A stretch of 64,000 bases of DNA from Candidatus Pacearchaeota archaeon (GTDB taxonomy: Archaea; Nanobdellota; Nanobdellia; Pacearchaeales; GW2011-AR1). The position numbers and the translations under genes were made by a program. Positions 48,101 to 54,823 of the stretch are shown here, piece after piece (position 1 is the stretch's first letter; every line of letters begins with the position of its first letter). The notes under the pieces are model-generated. The model did no database searches, had not been told where the DNA came from, and saw nothing but the letters and a program-made list of their open reading frames with translations. The stretch is taken from NCBI GenBank assembly GCA_041659265.1, contig JBAZYP010000007.1, positions 9,928 to 73,927 of the forward strand. Reading direction: 5' to 3'.

Positions 48101-51100
48101 ATGGGAATATTTTTTTCACTATCTCCGCTATTAAAATGAGCTACCCCAGATCTAACCGACTCTCCTGCAGTAAATTCAACAACATACCAAGATACATGAA
48201 GATTATGTGTATTAATCGCTCTTCTTTCAATATTTATTGCAGTAGAATTAACAAAATTAATTAAAACTCCTCCATTATCTGCTTCAAGAATTCCTACTCC
48301 GGTATTTGTTGCAGCCCAAGTGCCTATTACAAAAGATTTTGTTGTATCAACACTTCGATTTAATCCTATAACTTGAGAAGTTCCAGTCATTGTAAAACTT
48401 CCATTTTGTACATCAGCTCCAGAATAATCAATAACTTGCCAAGCAAGAATATCTGCAGGATTTCCAACAGCATAAGTTTCTAATCTATCTGGTCCAATTA
48501 GTCTAGCCCTAGTTATATCATCAGTCCCATAAACAGTACCATCATTCATCATACTTATTAATGGAAATGAATTACCAATAGTTACAGGTTGAATAGTAGT
48601 ATTAGTACTTACTGCCTGAGTTATCGTACCTCTTTGTACATTAACTTCATCATTAAATTCAGCAACATACCACTCTATATAAATAAAAGTATTTTCAGTC
48701 TGACCAGAACTGGATTCAAAATGAATTGTTGTTGAATTTGTTAAATTTCCATAAACTAAAAAATCACCAGGATCAGCATCATTAACTCTATAATTAAAAA
48801 CTAAAAATGAATGATTTAAAGATATTGGAGTTATCTCAATATCTGTCTGATATGATCCTGAACTTATTACAGCTGAACCATGCTGAATATTTTGAGCAAG
48901 TTCAGATAACGCTCTTCCAGTATAACTTACATTACCAATACCCCAATTAACATTTTCAAGAGTTATTAATGATGAATTATCATTAAAATCATCATAATAA
49001 TTAAAATTCATATTTACAGAAAAATTAGTTGTATTTCTAGATATGTTATTAGCATTATTGGTAGAAAAAACATCTACTTTAAAATTACCTTCTTTAAGAT
49101 AAAGGAATTTAGTAATAGTTCCAGAGCAATAAGTGCAAATTGTTACATTAGTTAAACCATTATTTGTGGTATAATAAAGATCTTTAGCTGTTGTATTAAT
49201 TGTCACATTTAAAGTAGGTGTTACATCGGCTAGGGTCAATCCATTTACAGGATTATTTATAATAACTTGTGGTGGCGGAGTAGCTTCACTTGTCCAGCTA
49301 ATATTAATATCAAATAAAGATAAATTACTTAACCCATTAGATGAAAAAAATGCCCTGTAAACAAGACTAGTTCCACCATTCATAAATGGAATTCCTTCTC
49401 CATTTGTAGCATTATTCCAACTTAAACCACCATCAGCACTAACATAAATTGAAAGACTATTATTTTGATTAACACCTGTTCCAGTCCAACTTACATTAGA
49501 AATTTCAAAAATAGTTGAACTAGTATTAGCATAATAAGAAGTAAAATTTCCTGATACAGTTTTAAGAGGACTTTCAGTTGGACCCACTCCTGTTGGAGTA
49601 TAAAGATTATCAGTAGTTAATAAGATTTTATCAATAACAAAACCATCTTCTCTCATCCAAAAATTAATTGTCTGATTTTTTCCAGCACCAATATATAAAG
49701 TTGCTACTTGAGGATCTAATGTATCCCTATGCCAAGAATAAGTTCCAGCAGCAAAATTCGCAATTCTATCTGCACTAGTATAAGCAGTATTATTTATTCC
49801 AGCATGAATTGAATCATCATTTCCTGAAATTGCATATCCTCTAACCCAAACATAATAAGTTCCAGATGTAGCAAAATCTGCTTTAAATTGAACTTCAGGA
49901 CTAGTTGTTGTATAACCTGCATTATTATTTGTCCCAGTATTTGGTAATGCTTGAAGAGCTCCAGTTCCAGAATATCCTGAATAAGTATTTGTAAAATTCC
50001 ATGATTTTGCTCCACGTATAATTATTTTAGAATAATTTTCAGCTTCAATTACAATCATTCCAGAACTTTCAACAAATACTTTTTCATTTGATGCTAAAGG
50101 TTCTCCATAAAAACTTATATTTCCATAACTCCAATTAACACTAAATAACGAACCAAGTGAAGAATTATCATTATAACTATCACTAAAATGTTTATTCATA
50201 TTTATTGTAAAATTAGAAATATTTAATCCAATATTTCCTACAGGTGAATCATTTCCATAAACTCTTAATAAAAAATTTCCTTCATTTAAAAACAAAAATC
50301 TTGTATAATTTCCAGGAGTGCAATTATTACAAATAGTAGTATTTACTCCTCCATTAAGACTATACCATAACTTTGATACATTTTCATATATAGCAATACT
50401 GAAGTTAGGAGTAACATCATTTGTAATATTCCAAGGAGAATTAATCCTTAATAATGGAGGTATAGAATCGATAATAAATGTTGTTAAATTTTGATTTGTA
50501 TCATCATTTCTGATATTATCTGAATTATTACATTTAATAAAATAAGTATATATCCCATCTGAAAGATTCATAATAGTTGTATGATTTCTTGTTCCTTGGC
50601 CACCTGTAAAATCAATTCCGCTTCCAAAAGTAAAATTACTATTAGTAGAATACTGGCAAGAACCAATCTGATCGGTTATTGCAGTTAAATTAAATGGATT
50701 AGTAGTATAACTATTATTTCTTGGATTAATTATATTTATAGATGTTGGTGGATAAGCCCCAACAATAAGATAATTGCTTGTTACATTTAATCCATCTATA
50801 TATCCATCATTTGGAGTTGCTATGCAATACCATCTCTGGTTCTGCATTAACTCTTGACTAACTATGACATTACTCTTATTCATATAAATTGATTTTATTT
50901 GTTGAAGAGATAAAGTTGAATTAAATATTCTTAATTCATCAAGATAACTATTCATATACCCATTAGCTACATTAATCCTATTTGTCCTTAAATTTCCATG
51001 ACCAATTAAATCAAGATTAAAATCTCCAGTTCCAATTAATCTTCCATTTTCATAAAATTTTAAATTCTGACTTGCAAGATTTTTATTATAAGATATAGCC

Positions 51101-53775
51101 AAATGAATCCATTGAGGAGTTGTTGTTGTATTTATTGGAACTGTAAATGTAAATGCATCTGAATTAAATCTTACTCTCCATTGTGAAGTATCCACCTGAT
51201 CTGTTCCAATTTCAAATGCATAAGTAGATGCCCCGCTTGAATGAGATAAATATCTTTCAAAAGTAGTTTTATCAGTTTTTCTTAACCATAAACTTATAGT
51301 AAAATTATTTGTTAAAGCTAGTGTTGGTGAATTACCAAAATCTATTGATTTATTTGTTCCATCAAACCAATATGCTCCTTTTCTATCATAACCTCCAGTC
51401 AAATTAAATAAAACTCCATTAATTACTCTTCCATTATTTTTAAATGGAGAATAATCTTTTGTAAATGTAGAATTAGAACCTCCTTCAAAAGGAGCTACCA
51501 ATAATTCATAAGAACTGCCGTTTTTATTCCAAGTAATTATATTATTTACATTATCACCATCATCATCCAAAGAAGTTATTACTTTGCAAGTTAAATTCTC
51601 TTCAGTAGTATTCATCCCATATGTTGAATTAAGATTTAAATTTGTTATAACAGGAACTCTATTAATAGTATAAGTTATATTCAAATAAGGAGACCTGCTA
51701 TAATTAGTTGAATATTCTTTAGATGCAAAATAATCAGGATTAACATTACTAGCGGTTTCGGCAGTTGCTTTAAATACAAATGAAGCATTTTTATATCCAG
51801 AATTATATTCTTTCTTTATAATCTCTGTAACATTCCAACATTTCCAACCAGCTGTTGTTGAAGTTATATTTTGAGTTGTAGATAAATTACATAGAGTACT
51901 TGCAGTAAAACCAGTTCCACATGGCTGATTATTCCAAGTTATATTTTGTAAATAGCTTCCAGTTCCAGTAACTCCATTAACACTTCCTTCACTCCAATTA
52001 TGAATATAAACATGATGAACTTCAGCAGTTGTTGTAGTATCATCAGTATGTAAATACATACAAAGATAACTTTCATTGATTGTAGCTCCAGTTGGTACTG
52101 AAGTAATATTAAACATTATATATGTTCTAGCTCTTCTATCTGCATGCCTTCTTACCCATAAATCAGGAGATGTTCCATAATTAAAATCTTCATAACCCGC
52201 TCTATCATAAACCCAAGAATCACCAATTATATTTCCCTGAGTCCTATTTATTTTACTTACATTAATGCTAGGATCAACTACATAATCAAAATCTATATCT
52301 CCATTTAATATTTTTAAATCAAAAGTATCTTGAATTCCAGAAAGATTATTCAATAAAATCCTATACCAATTTTCATTACTAATTATACCAAAATCTGCTA
52401 ATTTTTGATTACTATCTTTTTCATAAACTTCAATAATTGGATTTGAATTATTATTTTTAGCATAAATTGTTATATCATTTATTGAAGATAAATTCCTTTC
52501 AAAAGTAACTCTTAAAAAATTACTTTCAGGAATTGTTTTATAAATTCCATCTTTTTCTTTGACATAAGAATAAACTTCTTCAATTAAATCCTTTGTTAAA
52601 TTAAGATGTTCGGCTTTAATTATATAAATAATATCAAAAGTCTGTTCTGATAAATGAGGTACAATCCATTCAATAACATCAATGAATCCATCATTATTAT
52701 TATCATGAGTTTCAAAATCTAAATATCTCCCTTCTTCTTTCCAAAAAATCCTTATATCTCCTTTATTTTTTATTTTCCTTTCAATTTCAGTATAAGCTGT
52801 TACATTTTCATATTTTACATCATCTTGTGAAGAAATAATTACTTCTTTTCCAGATTTTGATAAACTCTTCTCAATTTTTTTAGGCCCTTCAGTAAAATAA
52901 ACTAGTTCAATTTCTCCTTGAATAGATTCAACAGTTATAGATTTAGATTTCTTTCTTGAAAATAAATTTAATAATAAATCAAGATAAGAACTTTCAGTTT
53001 CAATGTAATCGATCTTTTGACTCTGATTATTATTTATCTTATATAAAGTTATATTCTTGCTGCCGTAAGGAACATCGATCTTTACTTTCTTAGTTTCTTT
53101 ATCAAAATTTAATTTTTCAAAATGTCTAACTGATTTTCCAACAATTATTTTTTCTTTTTCATTAATATTATCCGGAATTATTTCTTCATCAAAGTATTCT
53201 GTCTTATTTAAAACATCAAATTCATAATGGAATTTTTTCCCTCCAATTAAAATTTCAACAATAAATTTTCCAATTTCATCTAAAATAAAAATGGCATTGT
53301 CATTACTTCCTTTCCTAGTATAATTTTTTGTTGGCGTAAATACTTTAATTTCATAATCAACTTTACCAATTAAATTTATTCTTAATTCTTCACCAATAAA
53401 ATATTCTTGAGATATACTAAAAATATTAGTTTTATCATCTTGATTAATTTCAGTTTTAATTACTTCAAAAAAATATTTTGTTTTTTGCCCGCCCCTTGTT
53501 AATTCTATTGTATAATTTCCGATTTCTTCAGGATTAAATGTAAATGCATCATTACTTCCAACTCTAACAAAAGAAACAGTAGGAGTTATTATTTTTGCAT
53601 CATATTCCCCTTTACCGATAAAACTAATTCTAACTTCTTCACCCAACTTATATTGATTTCTTGTTAAAACATCTGCATCAGTTGTTTTTGGTAAAACAAT
53701 AATAAGAAACAAAGCAATAATTAAAAATACAATTAAGCCTGCTCCACCTATTTTTATCATACTCTTCTTATTCAT
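39196..53775 (-). CDS. Giant (4859 aa) surface protein. It has an N-terminal TM anchor, two DNRLRE-like domains, a LamG/ConA-like domain, four ~400-550 aa super-repeats, about ten tandem ~95 aa Ig-like repeats and a CARDB-like domain.
   Basis: A single uninterrupted 14.6 kb ORF. LamG-like: KGAYWFDGTNKSIDFG...LDELRIFNSTLS (about 50885..51440). DNRLRE-like: RTYIMFNITSVPTGATINESYL...ITWNNQP (about 51700..52250) and LRSLLKFDEIFGY... (about 43330..43800). CARDB-like: DLITINATIYNLGNIGIDNVVVRFYNGD...EINETNN (about 39790..40130). Confidence 0.9.
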   Translation of the reverse strand: MNKKSMIKIGGAGLIVFLIIALFLIIVLPKTTDADVLTRNQYKLGEEVRISFIGKGEYDAKIITPTVSFVRVGSNDAFTFNPEEIGNYTIELTRGGQKTKYFFEVIKTEINQDDKTNIFSISQEYFIGEELRINLIGKVDYEIKVFTPTKNYTRKGSNDNAIFILDEIGKFIVEILIGGKKFHYEFDVLNKTEYFDEEIIPDNINEKEKIIVGKSVRHFEKLNFDKETKKVKIDVPYGSKNITLYKINNNQSQKIDYIETESSYLDLLLNLFSRKKSKSITVESIQGEIELVYFTEGPKKIEKSLSKSGKEVIISSQDDVKYENVTAYTEIERKIKNKGDIRIFWKEEGRYLDFETHDNNNDGFIDVIEWIVPHLSEQTFDIIYIIKAEHLNLTKDLIEEVYSYVKEKDGIYKTIPESNFLRVTFERNLSSINDITIYAKNNNSNPIIEVYEKDSNQKLADFGIISNENWYRILLNNLSGIQDTFDLKILNGDIDFDYVVDPSINVSKINRTQGNIIGDSWVYDRAGYEDFNYGTSPDLWVRRHADRRARTYIMFNITSVPTGATINESYLCMYLHTDDTTTTAEVHHVYIHNWSEGSVNGVTGTGSYLQNITWNNQPCGTGFTASTLCNLSTTQNITSTTAGWKCWNVTEIIKKEYNSGYKNASFVFKATAETASNVNPDYFASKEYSTNYSRSPYLNITYTINRVPVITNLNLNSTYGMNTTEENLTCKVITSLDDDGDNVNNIITWNKNGSSYELLVAPFEGGSNSTFTKDYSPFKNNGRVINGVLFNLTGGYDRKGAYWFDGTNKSIDFGNSPTLALTNNFTISLWLRKTDKTTFERYLSHSSGASTYAFEIGTDQVDTSQWRVRFNSDAFTFTVPINTTTTPQWIHLAISYNKNLASQNLKFYENGRLIGTGDFNLDLIGHGNLRTNRINVANGYMNSYLDELRIFNSTLSLQQIKSIYMNKSNVIVSQELMQNQRWYCIATPNDGYIDGLNVTSNYLIVGAYPPTSINIINPRNNSYTTNPFNLTAITDQIGSCQYSTNSNFTFGSGIDFTGGQGTRNHTTIMNLSDGIYTYFIKCNNSDNIRNDDTNQNLTTFIIDSIPPLLRINSPWNITNDVTPNFSIAIYENVSKLWYSLNGGVNTTICNNCTPGNYTRFLFLNEGNFLLRVYGNDSPVGNIGLNISNFTINMNKHFSDSYNDNSSLGSLFSVNWSYGNISFYGEPLASNEKVFVESSGMIVIEAENYSKIIIRGAKSWNFTNTYSGYSGTGALQALPNTGTNNNAGYTTTSPEVQFKADFATSGTYYVWVRGYAISGNDDSIHAGINNTAYTSADRIANFAAGTYSWHRDTLDPQVATLYIGAGKNQTINFWMREDGFVIDKILLTTDNLYTPTGVGPTESPLKTVSGNFTSYYANTSSTIFEISNVSWTGTGVNQNNSLSIYVSADGGLSWNNATNGEGIPFMNGGTSLVYRAFFSSNGLSNLSLFDINISWTSEATPPPQVIINNPVNGLTLADVTPTLNVTINTTAKDLYYTTNNGLTNVTICTYCSGTITKFLYLKEGNFKVDVFSTNNANNISRNTTNFSVNMNFNYYDDFNDNSSLITLENVNWGIGNVSYTGRALSELAQNIQHGSAVISSGSYQTDIEITPISLNHSFLVFNYRVNDADPGDFLVYGNLTNSTTIHFESSSGQTENTFIYIEWYVAEFNDEVNVQRGTITQAVSTNTTIQPVTIGNSFPLISMMNDGTVYGTDDITRARLIGPDRLETYAVGNPADILAWQVIDYSGADVQNGSFTMTGTSQVIGLNRSVDTTKSFVIGTWAATNTGVGILEADNGGVLINFVNSTAINIERRAINTHNLHVSWYVVEFTAGESVRSGVAHFNSGDSEKNIPISSVNMNRTIVMISGNQRGGESSFTTSDNPGTMWVTGVITNTTNLRLERALTTSDADISWYVIEFGTTTSGNFVSYPINTTSSIAEILNVDWNESGTDANNLISVEISADYGIHYSPVIKGQGIINITSGNSLVYRVTFTTNSSNTISLSDMNISWTNTTSPPPNITINYPLQGTTIADVTPILNVSINGNANTLWYSVNNGSTNTTICTSCSGTFTKFLYLAEGGQNVRVYASNNLNEQSKAISNYIIDMNYNYYDSFSDNSSLITLNDVEWSIGSVNYTNPSQAEIKKVYKGSTFIPTGALSVDELIPAEINISSSFLTFSYSSNEVDPGDFLVYGNITNSTTIHFQSSTDATENNPVYIEWYIAEFYSGVRVRRGTFLQNAGTINTAINPALDLANSFPLASWMDDGATYGTTDNCRVTITESNSLETYFAANPNDVVAWQAIEYSGANVQNGVFSLTGVNDTIPLDMPVDLNKTFVIATFASSGDTTAGNGGLIVNLTDSSNIFFQRKVATGTLYVSWYAVEFNGGELVQSGVAHFNGPQNTLDIPLRNIDLSKSLVILPGNQKAGSSNYTANDNIGIMWARANLTNSTNLNLRREVTGEILDIPWYVVDFSRGTTANFTAYPINTTATITQIKNVSWLESGSDENNTISVQISPNNGNIWYNISNGGDITNMQSGRSLLYRVIYNSFTPSRTISLLDMNITWSNVITPPPQIVINSPLSGTTLADVTPTLNITLNDSASNLWYNINNGANISLCSYCSGTITKFLYLKEGNFNVSVFANNSVGNLSSNRTSFIINMNRNYYDSFNDNSSLYYFNNNLNWSIGNVSFTSDKTFNLLDSFETTNNWRFFGTGTWSINSYELLQTSNNEAFAVYLPFNVSTNYDYNISVTGYDPDDDWTGILFRYRNATDYYRCSFRLQTTDNAIVRVQGGVATNLVTTTTNYVQNQWNNYSVSVKNGNITCYLNGVAVLSAIDSTWKDGGIGIYENAHANTRYDNFDFYYIPLFANFTSYPINTTDPIKAISNITWNEFGTNQNNNISVNISVNGGSTWYSVNRGGILTGFTQGYNLLYRVFFNTNSSDNIIYLLDMNISWKAPPSVRIVYPLNTTYSSLVNSMNYTISGSSTPLDSCWYSLNMGETNTSITCGVNITGLISIEGNNTWFVYANDSEGSVGSASVTFGIDSAAPLITFINQTDIEDIIVNDSYPLQEGQNLSVRVNVSDNNLDRVWMVVWNTIKGGSQKLRSTLTYLGGILWIGIIPTDHSWNAFYYYTIYANDSAGFVSEYDNNFSILEMNISLEMDPLTVYANESVFISGYLNFTNGTYLPNHPFNLWVNGRVYLFSNVTANGSYNNFLNFSEDSSIEFDKGSYYNIVNDGENLTLASGNSSGNYSKIFDAGAIVKWTSIDWQFKGTSCTRTVSFQDGDVNSYSSTIDNYISSGSSSNNFGSSSELMLDTSPSVLRSLLKFDEIFGYGGGKIPYNSTISQANITLQVYVSGDSPNVYEILENWTELDSTYDDRLTGISWGSLGCAGSPSRSINLESTIDTSTTGAKTFDVSNVIRRWNNHTINNYGVVIHPLASNGVSIRSSDYITQSERPILRASFSSSECTGATFYVRTSNDNLTWGSWIEINKGENFEGIIGRFLQYKVELGAVDSTIKPYVSDIKINFTAVVTDENGYYNYNFTAPPSLGNYPIIVNSSYRTIFANNSLMLIVQVGLSPIVRLITPTHNTWFNYTPVDLIYNVSDPNLDLKNTSLIINGVINDTNQTELINGDYHTYTVNFSNGVYNWTVEAKDIANNTGTDSSRLFYIDLIDPNISIIYPPAYYSYNLNRINFSFNATDNLDSVLSCSIYLNDLLIAPAIISAGNGNATNVSYSGLSPGEYYWNVTCTDESMRKYSTSLFYFNVSDTPPEVYLVSPNQSTIDDDGNLTFTYNVTDNIEVAGGCFLLLNNIADIFNQSAVANGESNDLFKFNMNEGFYNWTVNCSDGNLTGQASPQRSLIIDLFSPNISLDSPIDGGIYNKSSFNFNFSVNDSIDNQLNCSIIMGGEIVDSGFSANSGILTNRPIENLTDGLKFWNVTCFDDALHESNSSTWNFTIAEPPIINLTTPNASSFTGSSVTLSYIPYDNTGISSCRLYVDNVFNQSNSSEIFIGNNNNFDIAGLSDGLHTWYINCSDYFNINGLSETRIFYLDNFPPNITLLQPSGEVHAANITFNFSVVDIVDSLLTCNLSVDSTLRAYNINATNGTITTWTVSGISEGNHTWYVNCSDDAGNSAGSSIFNFTKIIEPYVNLTWPANNYWFNSTNFNLSYLPQDDEGISRSYLFINDIFNKSNNTPVIVNQENNFSVNGLSDGFYNWTVNITDVRGLNATDIVRNFYIDTIPPLIEMYSPYQFELIITNNVSFNYNISDNLDSEIDCNLTVDGSFEFRGNLTSALNYSHYALLRDGNHSWSLICSDEARNINYSQIRNFSIIAPPNVTLDFPINNYRTNKTSFNFSYTPMDPMGFLNCSIFIDGVYNSTQGSINPNYQNNFSVIGMSEGRHNWTVECIDIDYNIYTPNYTNFTIDYSPPTIALIYPLNDSSLYSPNQVSFRWNASDRFDSNLTCNLTIDGINNKTNIPVLSGELYEENVSGLSIGKHYWNVSCWDHDIISNFNISLTWNFNLSKPDFSINSSDIGFSNPNPSENDLITINATIYNLGNIGIDNVVVRFYNGDPSSGGVQIGNDQNISISAYGMNITNVTWNANLGTNLIVVEVDPPIATNGFYREINETNNNASKIITVGAWEIIYGNVLDNSIFRLADNSSSEVVKWNADMFNNGNLFVSDYESIIDWPSLTAIWKATNGSNATNDFIDLDILFNMSTFVDSINETYTVNSIPKNITNFQIFGKTISDVPIVNSTNTTNFITGILWDSSKDSGNLQFDRTDKEDLVFVTKINRNKAGKYGIYDYEMRIPAKLRELKTTDTRSVAFYIELA
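40140..43000 (-). repeat. About ten tandem ~285-nt (about 95 aa) Ig-like coding repeats inside the giant gene
   Basis: Repeat starts such as PPEVYLVSPN, FSPNISLDSP, PPIINLTTPN, FPPNITLLQP, PYVNLTWP, PPLIEMYSP, PPNVTLDFP and PPTIALIYP. Each unit carries an (H/Y).W.V.C.D motif. Confidence 0.75.
44830..50465 (-). repeat. Four tandem coding super-repeats inside the giant gene, with boundaries near 50465, 49275, 47625, 45970 and 44830
   Basis: The junction motif ..(L/F)D(M/I)NI(S/T)W(T/S/K)..PP.. recurs, followed by ..ADVTPTLN..., ..C..C.G...KFLYL.EG.. and ..NYYD.F.DNSSL.. The two full copies are about 1650 nt each. Confidence 0.8.
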
Positions 53776-53813
53776 AATAAATCACGTTTTATTAAATTTA
53801 AGAAAGAACTTTC

Positions 53814-54020
53814 CTATCTTTCTTTTTCTCCTTTTTTTCTTAAAGAGTTTGATTTTTCAATAATTCCTTTATTTTCATTTACGATATTATTTCCATTAGA
53901 AAGATTTTTTATTGCATGTTCAACAACATGACTTCTATTCCTAAATTCTCCAGAATCAATTAGACCATCTATAAGTGATATAGTTTCTTTATCAAATGTA
54001 AAACTTGCCCTCTCTTTCAA
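53814..54020 (-). CDS. Ribbon-helix-helix (CopG/NikR-like) DNA-binding protein, directly upstream of the giant gene
   Basis: 68 aa with a TTG start. ASFTFDKETISLIDGLIDSGEFRNRSHVVEHAIKNL fits the RHH strand-helix-helix consensus. It ends 38 nt before the giant gene's ATG. Confidence 0.6.
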   Translation of the reverse strand: MKERASFTFDKETISLIDGLIDSGEFRNRSHVVEHAIKNLSNGNNIVNENKGIIEKSNSLRKKGEKER

Positions 54021-54080
54021 TTTGTTATCCTCTTAATCTTTAATCCCTATATTAATCTTTTGATTTTATTTCTTAAACTC

Positions 54081-54253
54081 ATAAATTTTGAATTGACTTC
54101 AAAATTTATAGCAAACTTATCTTGCTTAGATTTAAAAAATCTAAACAATTGCCTAATATTAAATGTATAATATCTATATATTAGAAAAAGACCTATTTAA
54201 ATATTACGAAATATTATTTAGTATTATTTAGTATTACGAAATAATACTAAATA
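54081..54253. promoter_or_regulatory. Three perfect palindromes in the region upstream of the RHH + giant gene pair
   Basis: ATAAATTTTGAA-ttgac-TTCAAAATTTAT (54081..54109), TTAGATTT-aaa-AAATCTAA (54126..54144) and TATTTAGTATTA-cgaaa-TAATACTAAATA (54225..54253). There are also direct repeats tatttagtat x2 and attacgaaata x2. Confidence 0.4.
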
Positions 54254-54259
54254 ATCAAA

Positions 54260-54769
54260 TTAAACATTATATTTTTTATCTTCACCTAATCTGGATAGAA
54301 GTTCATTAATCTCTTTTTTCAATTCAATATTATTTAGTTCACGGTTTAATGCATATTTATTAATAATTTCTAATTCTTTTTTTTGATGCGCCATTTCCTC
54401 TTCAAATTGTTTTCTTTGAGTTATATCCCGGATAAACGCAATTGCACCAATAAACAATTGAGAATCAAATATAGGATATTGTCTTGAAGAAAAAAATCTT
54501 TTATTACCATTTATTATGATTTCATAATCATATGTAGCACTTTCCCCTAGTTGATTTTTTTCATAAGAATCATTAAATAAATTATTCATAAATTCCGGCA
54601 TAATTTCAGAATATATTTTACCTAAAAAATATTCAGGAGAAAAAAGTAATAGATCTTGCATAGATTTAGAAATATGACAAAAAATAAATCTTTTATTATT
54701 ATCAAAAACAAAAATAAGTTCCTCACAATATTTTAATAAATCTCCATTTAAAATATTTTTAATATCCAT
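54260..54769 (-). CDS. Single-PAS-domain protein with a conserved C-terminal coiled-coil motif; no output domain
   Basis: 169 aa. PAS core with ..GAIAFIRDITQRKQFEEE. The C-terminal motif ALNRELNNIELKKEINELLSRLGEDKKYNV is shared with the 1039 aa PAS protein. Confidence 0.7.
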   Translation of the reverse strand: MDIKNILNGDLLKYCEELIFVFDNNKRFIFCHISKSMQDLLLFSPEYFLGKIYSEIMPEFMNNLFNDSYEKNQLGESATYDYEIIINGNKRFFSSRQYPIFDSQLFIGAIAFIRDITQRKQFEEEMAHQKKELEIINKYALNRELNNIELKKEINELLSRLGEDKKYNV

Positions 54770-54823
54770 AATATAGAATTAAAAAGACACCTCGACTATA
54801 AAAATTTTATTATTCTAAAATAA

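Noticed and set aside
39216-50015. Seven short ORFs (39216, 39940, 44525, 45256, 46622 on the plus strand; 49794 on the minus strand; and similar) inside the giant gene
   Set aside because: All lie antisense or out of frame within an uninterrupted 14.6 kb ORF. They have low-complexity translations and no start context.
39196-53775. Diversity-generating retroelement (DGR) targeting the giant gene
   Set aside because: No reverse transcriptase gene or obvious template/variable repeat pair with adenine-specific differences was seen in the window. It cannot be excluded for elements located elsewhere.
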